Source: a virus
Lineage: Duplodnaviria > Caudoviricetes
Reading direction: 5' to 3' (one strand)
DNA length: 64,000 nucleotides
Virus record (IMG/VR): IMGVR_UViG_3300014205_000180
Coordinates: 1-64,000 of that record
In this document: piece by piece, positions 9,180 through 17,306 of the stretch
Layout of the letters: each line of letters starts with the position of its first letter
Position numbering within the stretch: position 1 is the first letter of the stretch
Program-made: the position numbers and the translations under genes
Notes under the pieces: generated by a model
Told to the model about the DNA's origin: nothing
Seen by the model: the letters and a program-made list of their open reading frames with translations, nothing else
The model's database searches: none

Positions 9180-9503
9180 CTACACCTGTGTTACGCCATA
9201 TTCAACATTAGCTGCTTTATCACTATTATTGCTTATTTCTGGATCGATTTCTGGGTATAAATCATATAATATTCTTAAAATTTTATGTAACTCCTTCATG
9301 TTGTATACATCCATTAATGGTATTACCTTTTCAGTATAACGCCTTTCGTTATCGAAGTTTAGCCATTCTTTTATCTTTATAAATCCGTTTGTTTCAAGAT
9401 ATCTGATAATAGTGTTAGACTTTGTTATTTCTCGCCCATATTTATAATCATCAATGACAACCTTAAGCTTTTCATAATTTAAATTGGCATGATTTATGGA
9501 CAT
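9180..9503 (-). CDS. YE-scaffold family protein (paralogue 7)
   Basis: LNYEKLK and ILRILYDLYPEI motifs. Confidence 0.7.
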   Translation of the reverse strand: MSINHANLNYEKLKVVIDDYKYGREITKSNTIIRYLETNGFIKIKEWLNFDNERRYTEKVIPLMDVYNMKELHKILRILYDLYPEIDPEISNNSDKAANVEYGVTQV

Positions 9504-9826
9504 GCAGTTAAAAAACTATTATTGATTTTAATGGGGACATAATAATGTGGTCGAATTACAGATAATTCTCCAGGCCAGCTTGCTCCTTTATATCCAATTA
9601 CTACATAATCATTATCACTATCAATAATTGTATGATCTATATCTAATAATATATCGATTATTTTTAATATTTCGTGCGTATTATTTGCTAAAATTGGCTT
9701 ATTATTTCCAATTAATATGGCTCCGATAGTCAACCCGAGACTCATTCTACTAGTTATTGGCTTTTTTAATTTCCAATTTTTAATATCAGTAAGTAATTGT
9801 TCATAGTTGACATCAAAAGCATTCAT
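9494..9826 (-). CDS. YE-scaffold family protein (paralogue 8) with gp23-like GYKG tail
   Basis: VNYEQLL and IIDILLDID motifs, followed by NDYVVIGYKGAS. Confidence 0.7.
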   Translation of the reverse strand: MNAFDVNYEQLLTDIKNWKLKKPITSRMSLGLTIGAILIGNNKPILANNTHEILKIIDILLDIDHTIIDSDNDYVVIGYKGASWPGELSVIRPHYYVPIKINNSFLTACP

Positions 9827-10287
9827 GCTGGTCTATCAGGATAATACTGAGGAATATATTCTACCACTTTTGACCATTTATTTCCAGCAATTAAGCATAA
9901 ACGACGAATCAAAGTTGCAGATGTTGGATGTGCCTTGAGATGAGCAAGACGTTCTGGATCTAAACCCTTATTCGCTATAATACGATCTGGATCGCCTAAG
10001 AATTGAATTAGATCACCAAATACCAGTCTATGAGCAGTATCGCTCTTTGAAATTGTAGTAGAATTTTTAGTGAGAACTTCGGTATTTGGCGGAAGATGAT
10101 CAGCAGGTACAGTAGTTGTGTCTTTAAAACGTTGTTCAAAAGCTATCATATTATCATCAATTACACACCATCCAAATGATCCATCACCTCGTGCAATTTT
10201 TCTAGTTAAAACTGGAATCTCACTACCATCTGGCATCTTTAATGTCGCAGCGCTGTAAGTTCCACTTAAAGTATCTGATTGATTCAT
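9823..10287 (-). CDS. hypothetical protein
   Basis: 154-aa ORF with AAGGA SD. Confidence 0.7.
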   Translation of the reverse strand: MNQSDTLSGTYSAATLKMPDGSEIPVLTRKIARGDGSFGWCVIDDNMIAFEQRFKDTTTVPADHLPPNTEVLTKNSTTISKSDTAHRLVFGDLIQFLGDPDRIIANKGLDPERLAHLKAHPTSATLIRRLCLIAGNKWSKVVEYIPQYYPDRPA

Positions 10288-10327
10288 TTTATATCCTTGA
10301 TAATTTTTATGACAAAAGTCATTTAAA

Positions 10328-10921
10328 TCAATCCTTCTTTGGAACTAATATTTTACTTCCTGGCTTATAAGGTGCAAAGACAAGCCCAGGACTAGTTTTA
10401 GATTTACCTTTAAATCCCATTTTAATATTACTAAGGCTAAGATCTTCTTTAGCCTCAGCGCTCCATTTGCATTTTAATGAACGTCGTTCAGCTTTTATCT
10501 TTATTATTACCATTCCATTTTTTTCGACTCTATCGCCAGATTCTAAATCACGCCATCTTCTTAATTGTTCTGGAACAGATTGAAGTCTGTATGGTGCACA
10601 TGTCCTGCAAATATGTTCTTGGTACCAATTTCCAGGTATTCTAACATCATGAATGAAACAACATCCATCACCAACATCTAATATTCTAATTGGCCATTCA
10701 ATCTTTTTGTTTTTAAACAATTCACTAATATTTTCAGCGTTAAAATTAAGAACTTTATAAAACGTTAATTTTTTACCTGATTTTACTCCAAGCGAAAAAC
10801 AATTTCCGCGAGGCAGTGGGAAATCTTTAGGAATATAACCAACACAAGTCTGACTACCCATTTCAATAGCATTAAGGAATTTAGTTGGTTTTGAAACTGC
10901 CTTAATGTCTTTTAAATTCAT
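10328..10921 (-). CDS. hypothetical protein with C-terminal T4 gp23-like capsid segments
   Basis: IKAERRSLKCKWSAEAKEDL and MGFKGKSKTSPGLVFAPYKP resemble two conserved gp23 blocks. Confidence 0.65.
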   Translation of the reverse strand: MNLKDIKAVSKPTKFLNAIEMGSQTCVGYIPKDFPLPRGNCFSLGVKSGKKLTFYKVLNFNAENISELFKNKKIEWPIRILDVGDGCCFIHDVRIPGNWYQEHICRTCAPYRLQSVPEQLRRWRDLESGDRVEKNGMVIIKIKAERRSLKCKWSAEAKEDLSLSNIKMGFKGKSKTSPGLVFAPYKPGSKILVPKKD

Positions 10922-10954
10922 ATAAATAAAATACCTAACTCAAAAATATTTAAT

Positions 10955-11875
10955 ATGAAGTTGAATAGTTTAAATAAGGATAAATTAAGAATTGGGGTGA
11001 TAGGGTATTGTTCTCAATATTTTGATAAAAAAGATGCTAAAAATAAATTAGAAAAAACAGTCAAGAATATAGTAAAAAACAACAAACTTCCAGTACATAT
11101 AGTGTCGGGCCTTACAAATATTGGAATGATGGCGATAGCATATAAAGTGGCAAGCGAAAATGGCTACAAAACAGTTGGCTATGCATGTAAAAAAGCTTTA
11201 GATATGGAATTATTTGATGTTGATAAGAAACATATTATTGGAGATAAGTGGGGAGATGAAAGCGAAGAATTTATTAATAATATAGACGTATTAATAAAAG
11301 TTGGAGGTGGTGAACAATCTAAGAAAGAATTAAAAATGGCTAAAGAATTAGGTATTGAAACTCATGAGTGCGATGTAAAAGAGAAAATATCATATTGTTT
11401 AATGGGATATCTTAATAAAGATTCAGCAAAAGAAATTCATGAACAAGCCAAGAATTTAAAAGCCAGAGAAGTTAAAAAACCAGATTACCACATAACTATA
11501 AGATACTGGTTAGCTGATCCTAAAGAAAGTATCTCAAAAGTAACCAAATATTTAGATGATAGATTTAAGCATCCAGTGCTTATTGAAGCAGATTATGAAG
11601 GCGAAACTGAAACTTTTGGTAATGAAAAATCACATGTACTTCTTGTTAATAGCAAATCTTTAAACGAATTCCAAAAGGACATTGATAATAAATTGCAAAG
11701 CTTTGGCGCTCCACCATCAGATTTTCCTGATTATAGGGCGCACATAACTGTCGCAGAAGGCGTAACAAAGAATGTTAAAATTAAGAATTGTAAAGTGCTG
11801 ATAAACAAATGGATTCTTACTACTAACAATGATTCAAACGAAAAACCTAAAGTTATTTGGGAAAAGGAATTCTAG
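10955..11875 (+). CDS. SLOG domain fused to 2H phosphodiesterase (Acb1/gp57B-like)
   Basis: N-terminal IGVIG, IVSGLTNIG, TVG and VGGGEQSKKE SLOG-type motifs; C-terminal HxT pair YHITIRY and GAPPSDFPDYRAHITVA. Confidence 0.75.
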   Translation: MKLNSLNKDKLRIGVIGYCSQYFDKKDAKNKLEKTVKNIVKNNKLPVHIVSGLTNIGMMAIAYKVASENGYKTVGYACKKALDMELFDVDKKHIIGDKWGDESEEFINNIDVLIKVGGGEQSKKELKMAKELGIETHECDVKEKISYCLMGYLNKDSAKEIHEQAKNLKAREVKKPDYHITIRYWLADPKESISKVTKYLDDRFKHPVLIEADYEGETETFGNEKSHVLLVNSKSLNEFQKDIDNKLQSFGAPPSDFPDYRAHITVAEGVTKNVKIKNCKVLINKWILTTNNDSNEKPKVIWEKEF

Positions 11876-12317
11876 AGATATCTTCAGCATAAATTCCAAC
11901 AACTTTACTATCCATTGATAATTGGGTTCTTAATCTAGTTAATTGCGGATGATGCTTTAAACAATTGCTTAATCTTCTACCAGAATCAGTGTTAATAATT
12001 TTAATTTTTGCATTTACTTTACCATCTTTTACTTCAACATCTGTTACCACAGCACCAGCACGCATTAAATCATTACGACCACTTTCTCCATCAATATTGT
12101 CAAATACCAATACAGTCTTTTCTTTTATTCTTTTTTGCAGATCCTCAATTGCTTTTTCTACTACTTCTTTTGGATAAACCATTCCATTAGCGTTTGGCTT
12201 ATTATCATTGCAGACTTCCATAATGTTAACGACTAAATCAGGATTATCTTGTTTAAACTGTTCGCGCATTTTTGCGTCACGGATGGTCTGCTCATTTTCA
12301 TCGTCATGATTACTCAT
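11853..12317 (-). CDS. T4 gp21-like prohead protease homologue, apparently inactive
   Basis: NANGMVYPKEVVEKAI and AKIKIINTDSGR match gp21 blocks; the ELDHP His and GxSSRG Ser motifs are absent. Confidence 0.6.
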   Translation of the reverse strand: MSNHDDENEQTIRDAKMREQFKQDNPDLVVNIMEVCNDNKPNANGMVYPKEVVEKAIEDLQKRIKEKTVLVFDNIDGESGRNDLMRAGAVVTDVEVKDGKVNAKIKIINTDSGRRLSNCLKHHPQLTRLRTQLSMDSKVVGIYAEDISRIPFPK

Positions 12318-12355
12318 ATTATTTTATAATAGAAACCAGATTGCGTAAATAGTAT

Positions 12356-12646
12356 ATGGGTCCGACAGATAGTGATGTTGATACAACATGCAAGCACACT
12401 ATGCTTTTACCTAGACGTGCAACTGATATGTATGATAAATGTGCAATTTGTGGGAAATTTGTCAGGGATTCTCTTGATTATGTTGGCACTACAACTATTG
12501 GAACTATGACCAATGTTAGTATGGGTCGTGTTGCAATTAATCAGCCTGCTATACAGATTATTCATGATAGAAACAAAATAGCTAAAAAGTTAGAATGGAC
12601 GCCTCCACCAAATGCGCCAAAAAAGCGTAATTTGTACAATAAATAA
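12356..12646 (+). CDS. hypothetical protein with zinc-binding motif
   Basis: CKH...CAICG motif. Confidence 0.55.
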   Translation: MGPTDSDVDTTCKHTMLLPRRATDMYDKCAICGKFVRDSLDYVGTTTIGTMTNVSMGRVAINQPAIQIIHDRNKIAKKLEWTPPPNAPKKRNLYNK

Positions 12647-12689
12647 TTTTTTAAACTTGTTAAATTAAACTAAAAATAAAATATATCCT

Positions 12690-13385
12690 GTGAAAACCAT
12701 AAGCGTAATAATCCACTCAATATCAGCGTGCAATCTCAAATGCACTCATTGTGGTCAAGGGACCTGGAGAAAAGATCTTCCCACATATAAGTTAACATTT
12801 GAGCAGGTTAAAAAATTTTTAGATGTTTGTAAAGAAAGTGACTATTCTATTAAAGAAATTTTGATAAGTGGTGGTGAACCTTCATTATGGAAAGATCTTG
12901 AATCATCAGTAAAATTAATGAAGCAATCTGAAGTTGTCAAATCGGTAACATTGTTTAGTAACGGCACTAGATTAATGAGCGATGAAGTTATTAAAAATGT
13001 TAATCAGATAATAGTTTCATATTATAATGGATCTAATAAAGAAGCAGTCGATGAAATGGTCAAAAAGTGTAAAGAATATGGTGTTAGATTTAAATTGAAG
13101 GATAAGCATAAATTCTGGCCATGGCCAACAGAAAAAGTTGAAGGAACTGTTCCAGGGCAGTGTGTATGCACACCAATGTCATTACTTGGTGATGAAATAG
13201 CTGTATGTGGTCAAGTATTTGAACTTGAAAGAAGATTTAATTTAGATTGTTCAACTCATAAAATCAAAGTAGAAAATGGATTCCTTGATCGTTTAAATAT
13301 GAAAATAGGAACGTACGATATTTGTGGATATTGCATTGAAAATAGGTCAGTTCAAAGAAAAATGGATAAAGTGTTAAACGATTAG
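12690..13385 (+). CDS. radical SAM protein
   Basis: CNLKCTHC cluster motif, SGGEP, FSNG and C-terminal Cys cluster. Confidence 0.85.
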   Translation: MKTISVIIHSISACNLKCTHCGQGTWRKDLPTYKLTFEQVKKFLDVCKESDYSIKEILISGGEPSLWKDLESSVKLMKQSEVVKSVTLFSNGTRLMSDEVIKNVNQIIVSYYNGSNKEAVDEMVKKCKEYGVRFKLKDKHKFWPWPTEKVEGTVPGQCVCTPMSLLGDEIAVCGQVFELERRFNLDCSTHKIKVENGFLDRLNMKIGTYDICGYCIENRSVQRKMDKVLND

Positions 13386-13396
13386 TATATAGGTTA

Positions 13397-13663
13397 ATGC
13401 ATCAGGGTTTAGACTATGAAAAAATGATAAAAGACATAAGGGATATTGTATCAGAATGGTCTATCACTAAAAATAATGATGATGACAGTGATTTGTTTTC
13501 AACAATTGAAAGAAGAGTATTCTTTAAACTTGGCATAGATAAAGATGAAATTCAATCAGTTATAAAAATACTATCAGATTTAGATGAATCTATTGGTGCT
13601 ATTTTTGTCAGAATAGATGTTGATATTATGGATAAAGCAATTTATAAAATAAATAAATTTTAA
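13397..13663 (+). CDS. YE-scaffold family protein (paralogue 9)
   Basis: LDYEKMI and VIKILSDLDESI motifs. Confidence 0.7.
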   Translation: MHQGLDYEKMIKDIRDIVSEWSITKNNDDDSDLFSTIERRVFFKLGIDKDEIQSVIKILSDLDESIGAIFVRIDVDIMDKAIYKINKF

Positions 13664-14508
13664 GGATTTTGCCTTTTTAAGCGTATTTCTGATTCTGATG
13701 GCCCTTCGCGCCATTCTCCACTACGATTTTTCTGTACAGTTTGTTTTGGTAACAGCGATGATATTCTATTTTCATTTGCATCATGTGGGTTATCTTCATA
13801 CATTGGTTCAATAGTTCTTCTATTATAAATCTGTCCATCAAGGTTTCCATTCATCCTGCCAATCATGTATTTGGCTTCATGCGTTATAGTCGATAGGAAT
13901 ATAGCATGTTGTACCATGATTACTATCAATCTGATTCTATTGGTTGAAAAAAATGCGCTTTGAGCAACTTTTTCGCTTTGGATTATTAAAGATTCAATTA
14001 ATTCAGTATCCCATTTTTTAAATGCAGCTATCGCTTGTGGTGGTATGCCACGTCTAATCCATTTATCGTTAATTGAATTTTGTAAGTCAGTAAGCATCGT
14101 TGATACACGATTGGAAAATTGTTCTGCGTATTTTGGTCCTCTATCCTCAAATCCCTCTCTTTTAACTTCCGCAGCAATAAATTCATTAAATATATCGTGC
14201 CACGCTGTGAGATAATCAGAAAGCATATCTCTTAACATTTCAGTTCTAGCATGACAACCACATCTTATAGTTGGTAATTTCCTAGCCATTAATTCTTGAA
14301 CAGTGACGAAAAAGAAATGATCTTCAACTAATGGTCTATTATATATATCAGTACCTTTTGTTATTTTATCAGTCTTTTTAAAAAGTTTCTTTTTCAACTT
14401 CAAAAAATATATTGTTAAAATTTCTCTGAATGCCCATATTAGCACCAATAGAAACGCTCCTAGTATACTTGCGGTGCTAGTATCAATGCCTAAATCAATG
14501 TCGCCCAT
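13660..14508 (-). CDS. N-terminally membrane-anchored helical protein (holin-like or lysis candidate)
   Basis: Single N-terminal TM, basic stop-transfer segment and LVEDHFFF motif; similar layout at 31862-32635. Confidence 0.55.
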   Translation of the reverse strand: MGDIDLGIDTSTASILGAFLLVLIWAFREILTIYFLKLKKKLFKKTDKITKGTDIYNRPLVEDHFFFVTVQELMARKLPTIRCGCHARTEMLRDMLSDYLTAWHDIFNEFIAAEVKREGFEDRGPKYAEQFSNRVSTMLTDLQNSINDKWIRRGIPPQAIAAFKKWDTELIESLIIQSEKVAQSAFFSTNRIRLIVIMVQHAIFLSTITHEAKYMIGRMNGNLDGQIYNRRTIEPMYEDNPHDANENRISSLLPKQTVQKNRSGEWREGPSESEIRLKRQNP

Positions 14509-14597
14509 ACTTTAATTTTGCGCATTGTTAATTAAGACATAATCATTAATTTTATTAAAACGTATTTAATGTACAATAAAGGGACAAAAATAATTTC

Positions 14598-14849
14598 ATG
14601 GACAAAATTGAAGCACGCAACATACGTTTACTTAATACTAATAATTTTACAAAAGAAGTTATTCAACAATTAATTGACAGATTAAACTCTGAACATATAG
14701 CTATAACAAATAACACAGCTATAGTGCCTGGAACTGTAAAATTGGTTGATAATTATATTGAGGCTAATGTTAACTCAACAGGCAATAATAAAATGGTCAA
14801 ATATGCTAATATTATAAACGATATATTATTAGCGCCTATTCCTTCTTAA
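14598..14849 (+). CDS. hypothetical protein
   Basis: 83-aa ORF; weak resemblance to the gp21-like ORF at 11853 (NFTKEVIQQLI). Confidence 0.5.
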   Translation: MDKIEARNIRLLNTNNFTKEVIQQLIDRLNSEHIAITNNTAIVPGTVKLVDNYIEANVNSTGNNKMVKYANIINDILLAPIPS

Positions 14850-15090
14850 TTTCTTCTTCCTTTTTACTATCTTCAATTACTTTTTTAATTTCATTTACAA
14901 TTTCATCGATTAATTTACTTATGACAGTTGTTCCATCGGCATACTTTGTGTTTTTTACGCCAACTCTTTTAAAGTCTTTTCCAGTAAAATAGTATACACC
15001 CAAATTACTTTCATTCCATTCTACTACATCACCAACATTAAAGTGATTAGATCCTATTGTTATATCTTTTGTAATTGTAATGCTTTTCAT
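14836..15090 (-). CDS. hypothetical protein
   Basis: 84-aa ORF with AAGGA SD. Confidence 0.6.
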   Translation of the reverse strand: MKSITITKDITIGSNHFNVGDVVEWNESNLGVYYFTGKDFKRVGVKNTKYADGTTVISKLIDEIVNEIKKVIEDSKKEEEIKKE

Positions 15091-15104
15091 GTTTTATCCT
15101 TAAT

Positions 15105-15440
15105 CTAAATACTAATACGGGCTTTTTTGGTTGGGCGATCACGACTAATCCCAATACTTTCCATTCCAATACTTATTCTGAATAGTATCAGGCGTGTTAG
15201 AGACTGACTGGCAGCCATTGGTTGAACACTGACAAGATCACTAATGGCGTCATGACTAAGTGCTTTTTTAACATTTTCATCTAATTCAGCTAAAATTCTA
15301 GCAACATCGTATATACTATGACCTCTTATTTTGCCTCTTAAAATTTTATTTAATTGATTTAATAATTGAAACTGATCCTTAATTAGATGAGGCTTTAACT
15401 TTTTTAAAATTTCTTCGTAATCTAACTTACTATAATGCAC
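15105..15440 (-). CDS. YE-scaffold family protein (paralogue 10) with Gol-like DLVSVQPM tail
   Basis: LDYEEIL and VARILAELDENV motifs, followed by ISDLVSVQPM. Confidence 0.7.
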   Translation of the reverse strand: MHYSKLDYEEILKKLKPHLIKDQFQLLNQLNKILRGKIRGHSIYDVARILAELDENVKKALSHDAISDLVSVQPMAASQSLTRLILFRISIGMESIGISRDRPTKKARISI

Positions 15441-15454
15441 TAAATTAAAATACG

Positions 15455-15670
15455 TTAAATGTCAATCTCATTGGAAATAAGCATTAAATCTCTATCAAGA
15501 TCACACAATATATTAACAATTCTGTTTGATGCATCCCAATTTTCTATTACTCCATCTACTGACCTATCTATATTTAACACATCACATGTAAAATTGAAAA
15601 TATCAAAAAAATTACGCGGTTTATTAGCTTTAACTTCTTTAATTAACCATTCAAAATCAACATTAATCAT
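15455..15670 (-). CDS. YE-scaffold family protein (paralogue 11)
   Basis: VDFEWLI and IVNILCDLDRDL motifs. Confidence 0.65.
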   Translation of the reverse strand: MINVDFEWLIKEVKANKPRNFFDIFNFTCDVLNIDRSVDGVIENWDASNRIVNILCDLDRDLMLISNEIDI

Positions 15671-16068
15671 GTTTCTTTAGATTTTTCATAGATTTTTATC
15701 AGTTCATCACGATAAACTTTTAAAATTTCATCTAATATTGGCCAATAGCATGTTGGCTGCGTAATACATTCAATACCATCAATAAATCCTTTAAAATAAA
15801 CAAGGTTAATAGCATCATTCGTATCAATACCACGCCCCAATGGCTGAGGCCAACTTTCAAACATATCAATATTTTTAACAAACCACCCATCATTTCTTAT
15901 TGCTATGCTTAAATAATAAGCCCAAAGTGGAGACTCTATTTTTTCACCAAAACTCTCCAGTTTGTTTTCTCTATGAATGATTAAATATGAATATATAGGT
16001 TTTGGTAATTTAATTAACAGAGGTTCTACTAATTTACTAATATCATTAATAATCTCAGTAGTTATCAT
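15667..16068 (-). CDS. hypothetical protein
   Basis: 133-aa ORF; GTATTTTA motif upstream. Confidence 0.6.
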   Translation of the reverse strand: MITTEIINDISKLVEPLLIKLPKPIYSYLIIHRENKLESFGEKIESPLWAYYLSIAIRNDGWFVKNIDMFESWPQPLGRGIDTNDAINLVYFKGFIDGIECITQPTCYWPILDEILKVYRDELIKIYEKSKET

Positions 16069-16080
16069 TTAAATAAAATA

Positions 16081-16305
16081 CTATATATTACTTTTCCATA
16101 TTTCTTCTATTATTTTCATTGAGTATTCATCTGGATGAACATTATTAAGATCTGCCTTCCATAGCCCTAAACCATTTCTTATTTTACGTCCAATATTATG
16201 ATGTATCCTAATTAACTCTTCAAATTTCATTTTCTTAATTCCTGATATAGCATCAGGGCCAATTAATTTTTTAGCTAACTCAACATGTTGTTCAAAAGTT
16301 ACCAT
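16081..16305 (-). CDS. DUF6794-like protein
   Basis: HHNIGRKIRNGLGLW and HPDEYS motifs. Confidence 0.55.
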   Translation of the reverse strand: MVTFEQHVELAKKLIGPDAISGIKKMKFEELIRIHHNIGRKIRNGLGLWKADLNNVHPDEYSMKIIEEIWKSNI

Positions 16306-16613
16306 CTTAATTCTTCTGATCGTTCATACCATGTAAAGCCTGCCTCTACAAATTTTTGCATTACTAATTTTTTCTTTTCTTTTGAAACACGTGGAATATC
16401 AATTTTCGAAGCGATTTGCTGATTTTCTTCGCCATTGTCATTTATGCCAATAAACGGATTAGCTAATGATGTCTCACCATTTTTTGCATGTTCAACTATG
16501 CGGCTTTTAATTATATTAAATATCTTATTAACAGTTTCTAAATCAGAGGCTTTATACAATTCAACCAATTTACGTGCTGATTCGACTGTAAACGGAATTG
16601 ATCTGTTAGCCAT
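16299..16613 (-). CDS. hypothetical protein
   Basis: 104-aa ORF after TGTTATAAA motif. Confidence 0.65.
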   Translation of the reverse strand: MANRSIPFTVESARKLVELYKASDLETVNKIFNIIKSRIVEHAKNGETSLANPFIGINDNGEENQQIASKIDIPRVSKEKKKLVMQKFVEAGFTWYERSEELRW

Positions 16614-16646
16614 AATTTTTTATAACAGAAAACTGACTAATATAAA

Positions 16647-16729
16647 TACCCGTGATAGGACTTGAACCTATACGTCATTACTGACGAAGACTTTTGAGGT
16701 CTTTGTGTCTGCCTTTCCACCACACGGGC
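16647..16729 (-). tRNA. trnL: tRNA-Leu (CAA)
   Basis: Cloverleaf: GCCCGTG/CACGGGT acceptor, AAGAC-CTCAAAA-GTCTT anticodon arm, long variable arm, ATAGG-TTCAAGT-CCTAT T arm, A73; CCA not encoded. Confidence 0.92.
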
Positions 16730-16934
16730 TTGGATTATATTTGTAATACCACTCGCATACTTCAGTTGGTAGAGTAGTTACATCAAACCAACGTGCTGAA
16801 TGTTTTTTAGCACATTTGAATTTATTTTCTCCAATAGGCTCACATAGAACACTTAGAACATCATTCTCATCAATTTTATATTCTAGCGCTTTTACAAAAA
16901 TATTTTCAATCTTAAACTGATGTGGGTATTCCAT
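16668..16934 (-). CDS. hypothetical protein whose 3' end runs into tRNA-Leu
   Basis: 88-aa ORF; the last 20 or so codons lie inside the tRNA. Confidence 0.5.
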   Translation of the reverse strand: MEYPHQFKIENIFVKALEYKIDENDVLSVLCEPIGENKFKCAKKHSARWFDVTTLPTEVCEWYYKYNPSPCGGKADTKTSKVFVSNDV

Positions 16935-17114
16935 ATTATTTTATAAAACGAATTTATTAACTATCTATGGTTTTATCCATGGCGATTCGTTGTGCTTTAA
17001 TTGCCAATGCTTGCCAGTTATTTTTAAATGCAATCCACATCTTTTACAAATTGGTGGTGGCCCAGATTTCCATTGATGACCCTTACGAGCGCATTTTGTA
17101 ATTATACTCACTTT

Positions 17115-17306
17115 TCAAATTTTAGTCTTTGACTTATTAACATTTTTCTTAATACTTATTAATTCTTTTAGCATTGTAACTCTGCCTTGCTTTATATAAT
17201 AAGTAGAATCGCTAATAACATCAGCATGCCATTTTTCATTTATTAATTTAAGTTCAATTTCTTCATGACGAAGTTTAGCCGTTAACATTCTAAGAGTTAA
17301 ATCCAT
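17115..17306 (-). CDS. hypothetical protein
   Basis: 63-aa ORF coupled to the upstream gene by TAATG. Confidence 0.55.
   Translation of the reverse strand: MDLTLRMLTAKLRHEEIELKLINEKWHADVISDSTYYIKQGRVTMLKELISIKKNVNKSKTKI

Noticed and set aside
10328-12317. A genuine head morphogenesis operon (gp23 plus gp21)
   Set aside because: Capsid similarity is limited to short segments in a 197-aa protein, the protease lacks catalytic motifs, and no portal or scaffold genes are adjacent.
396-15670. Diversity-generating retroelement as the source of the paralogue variation
   Set aside because: No reverse transcriptase and no near-identical TR/VR nucleotide pair with adenine-specific mismatches were seen.
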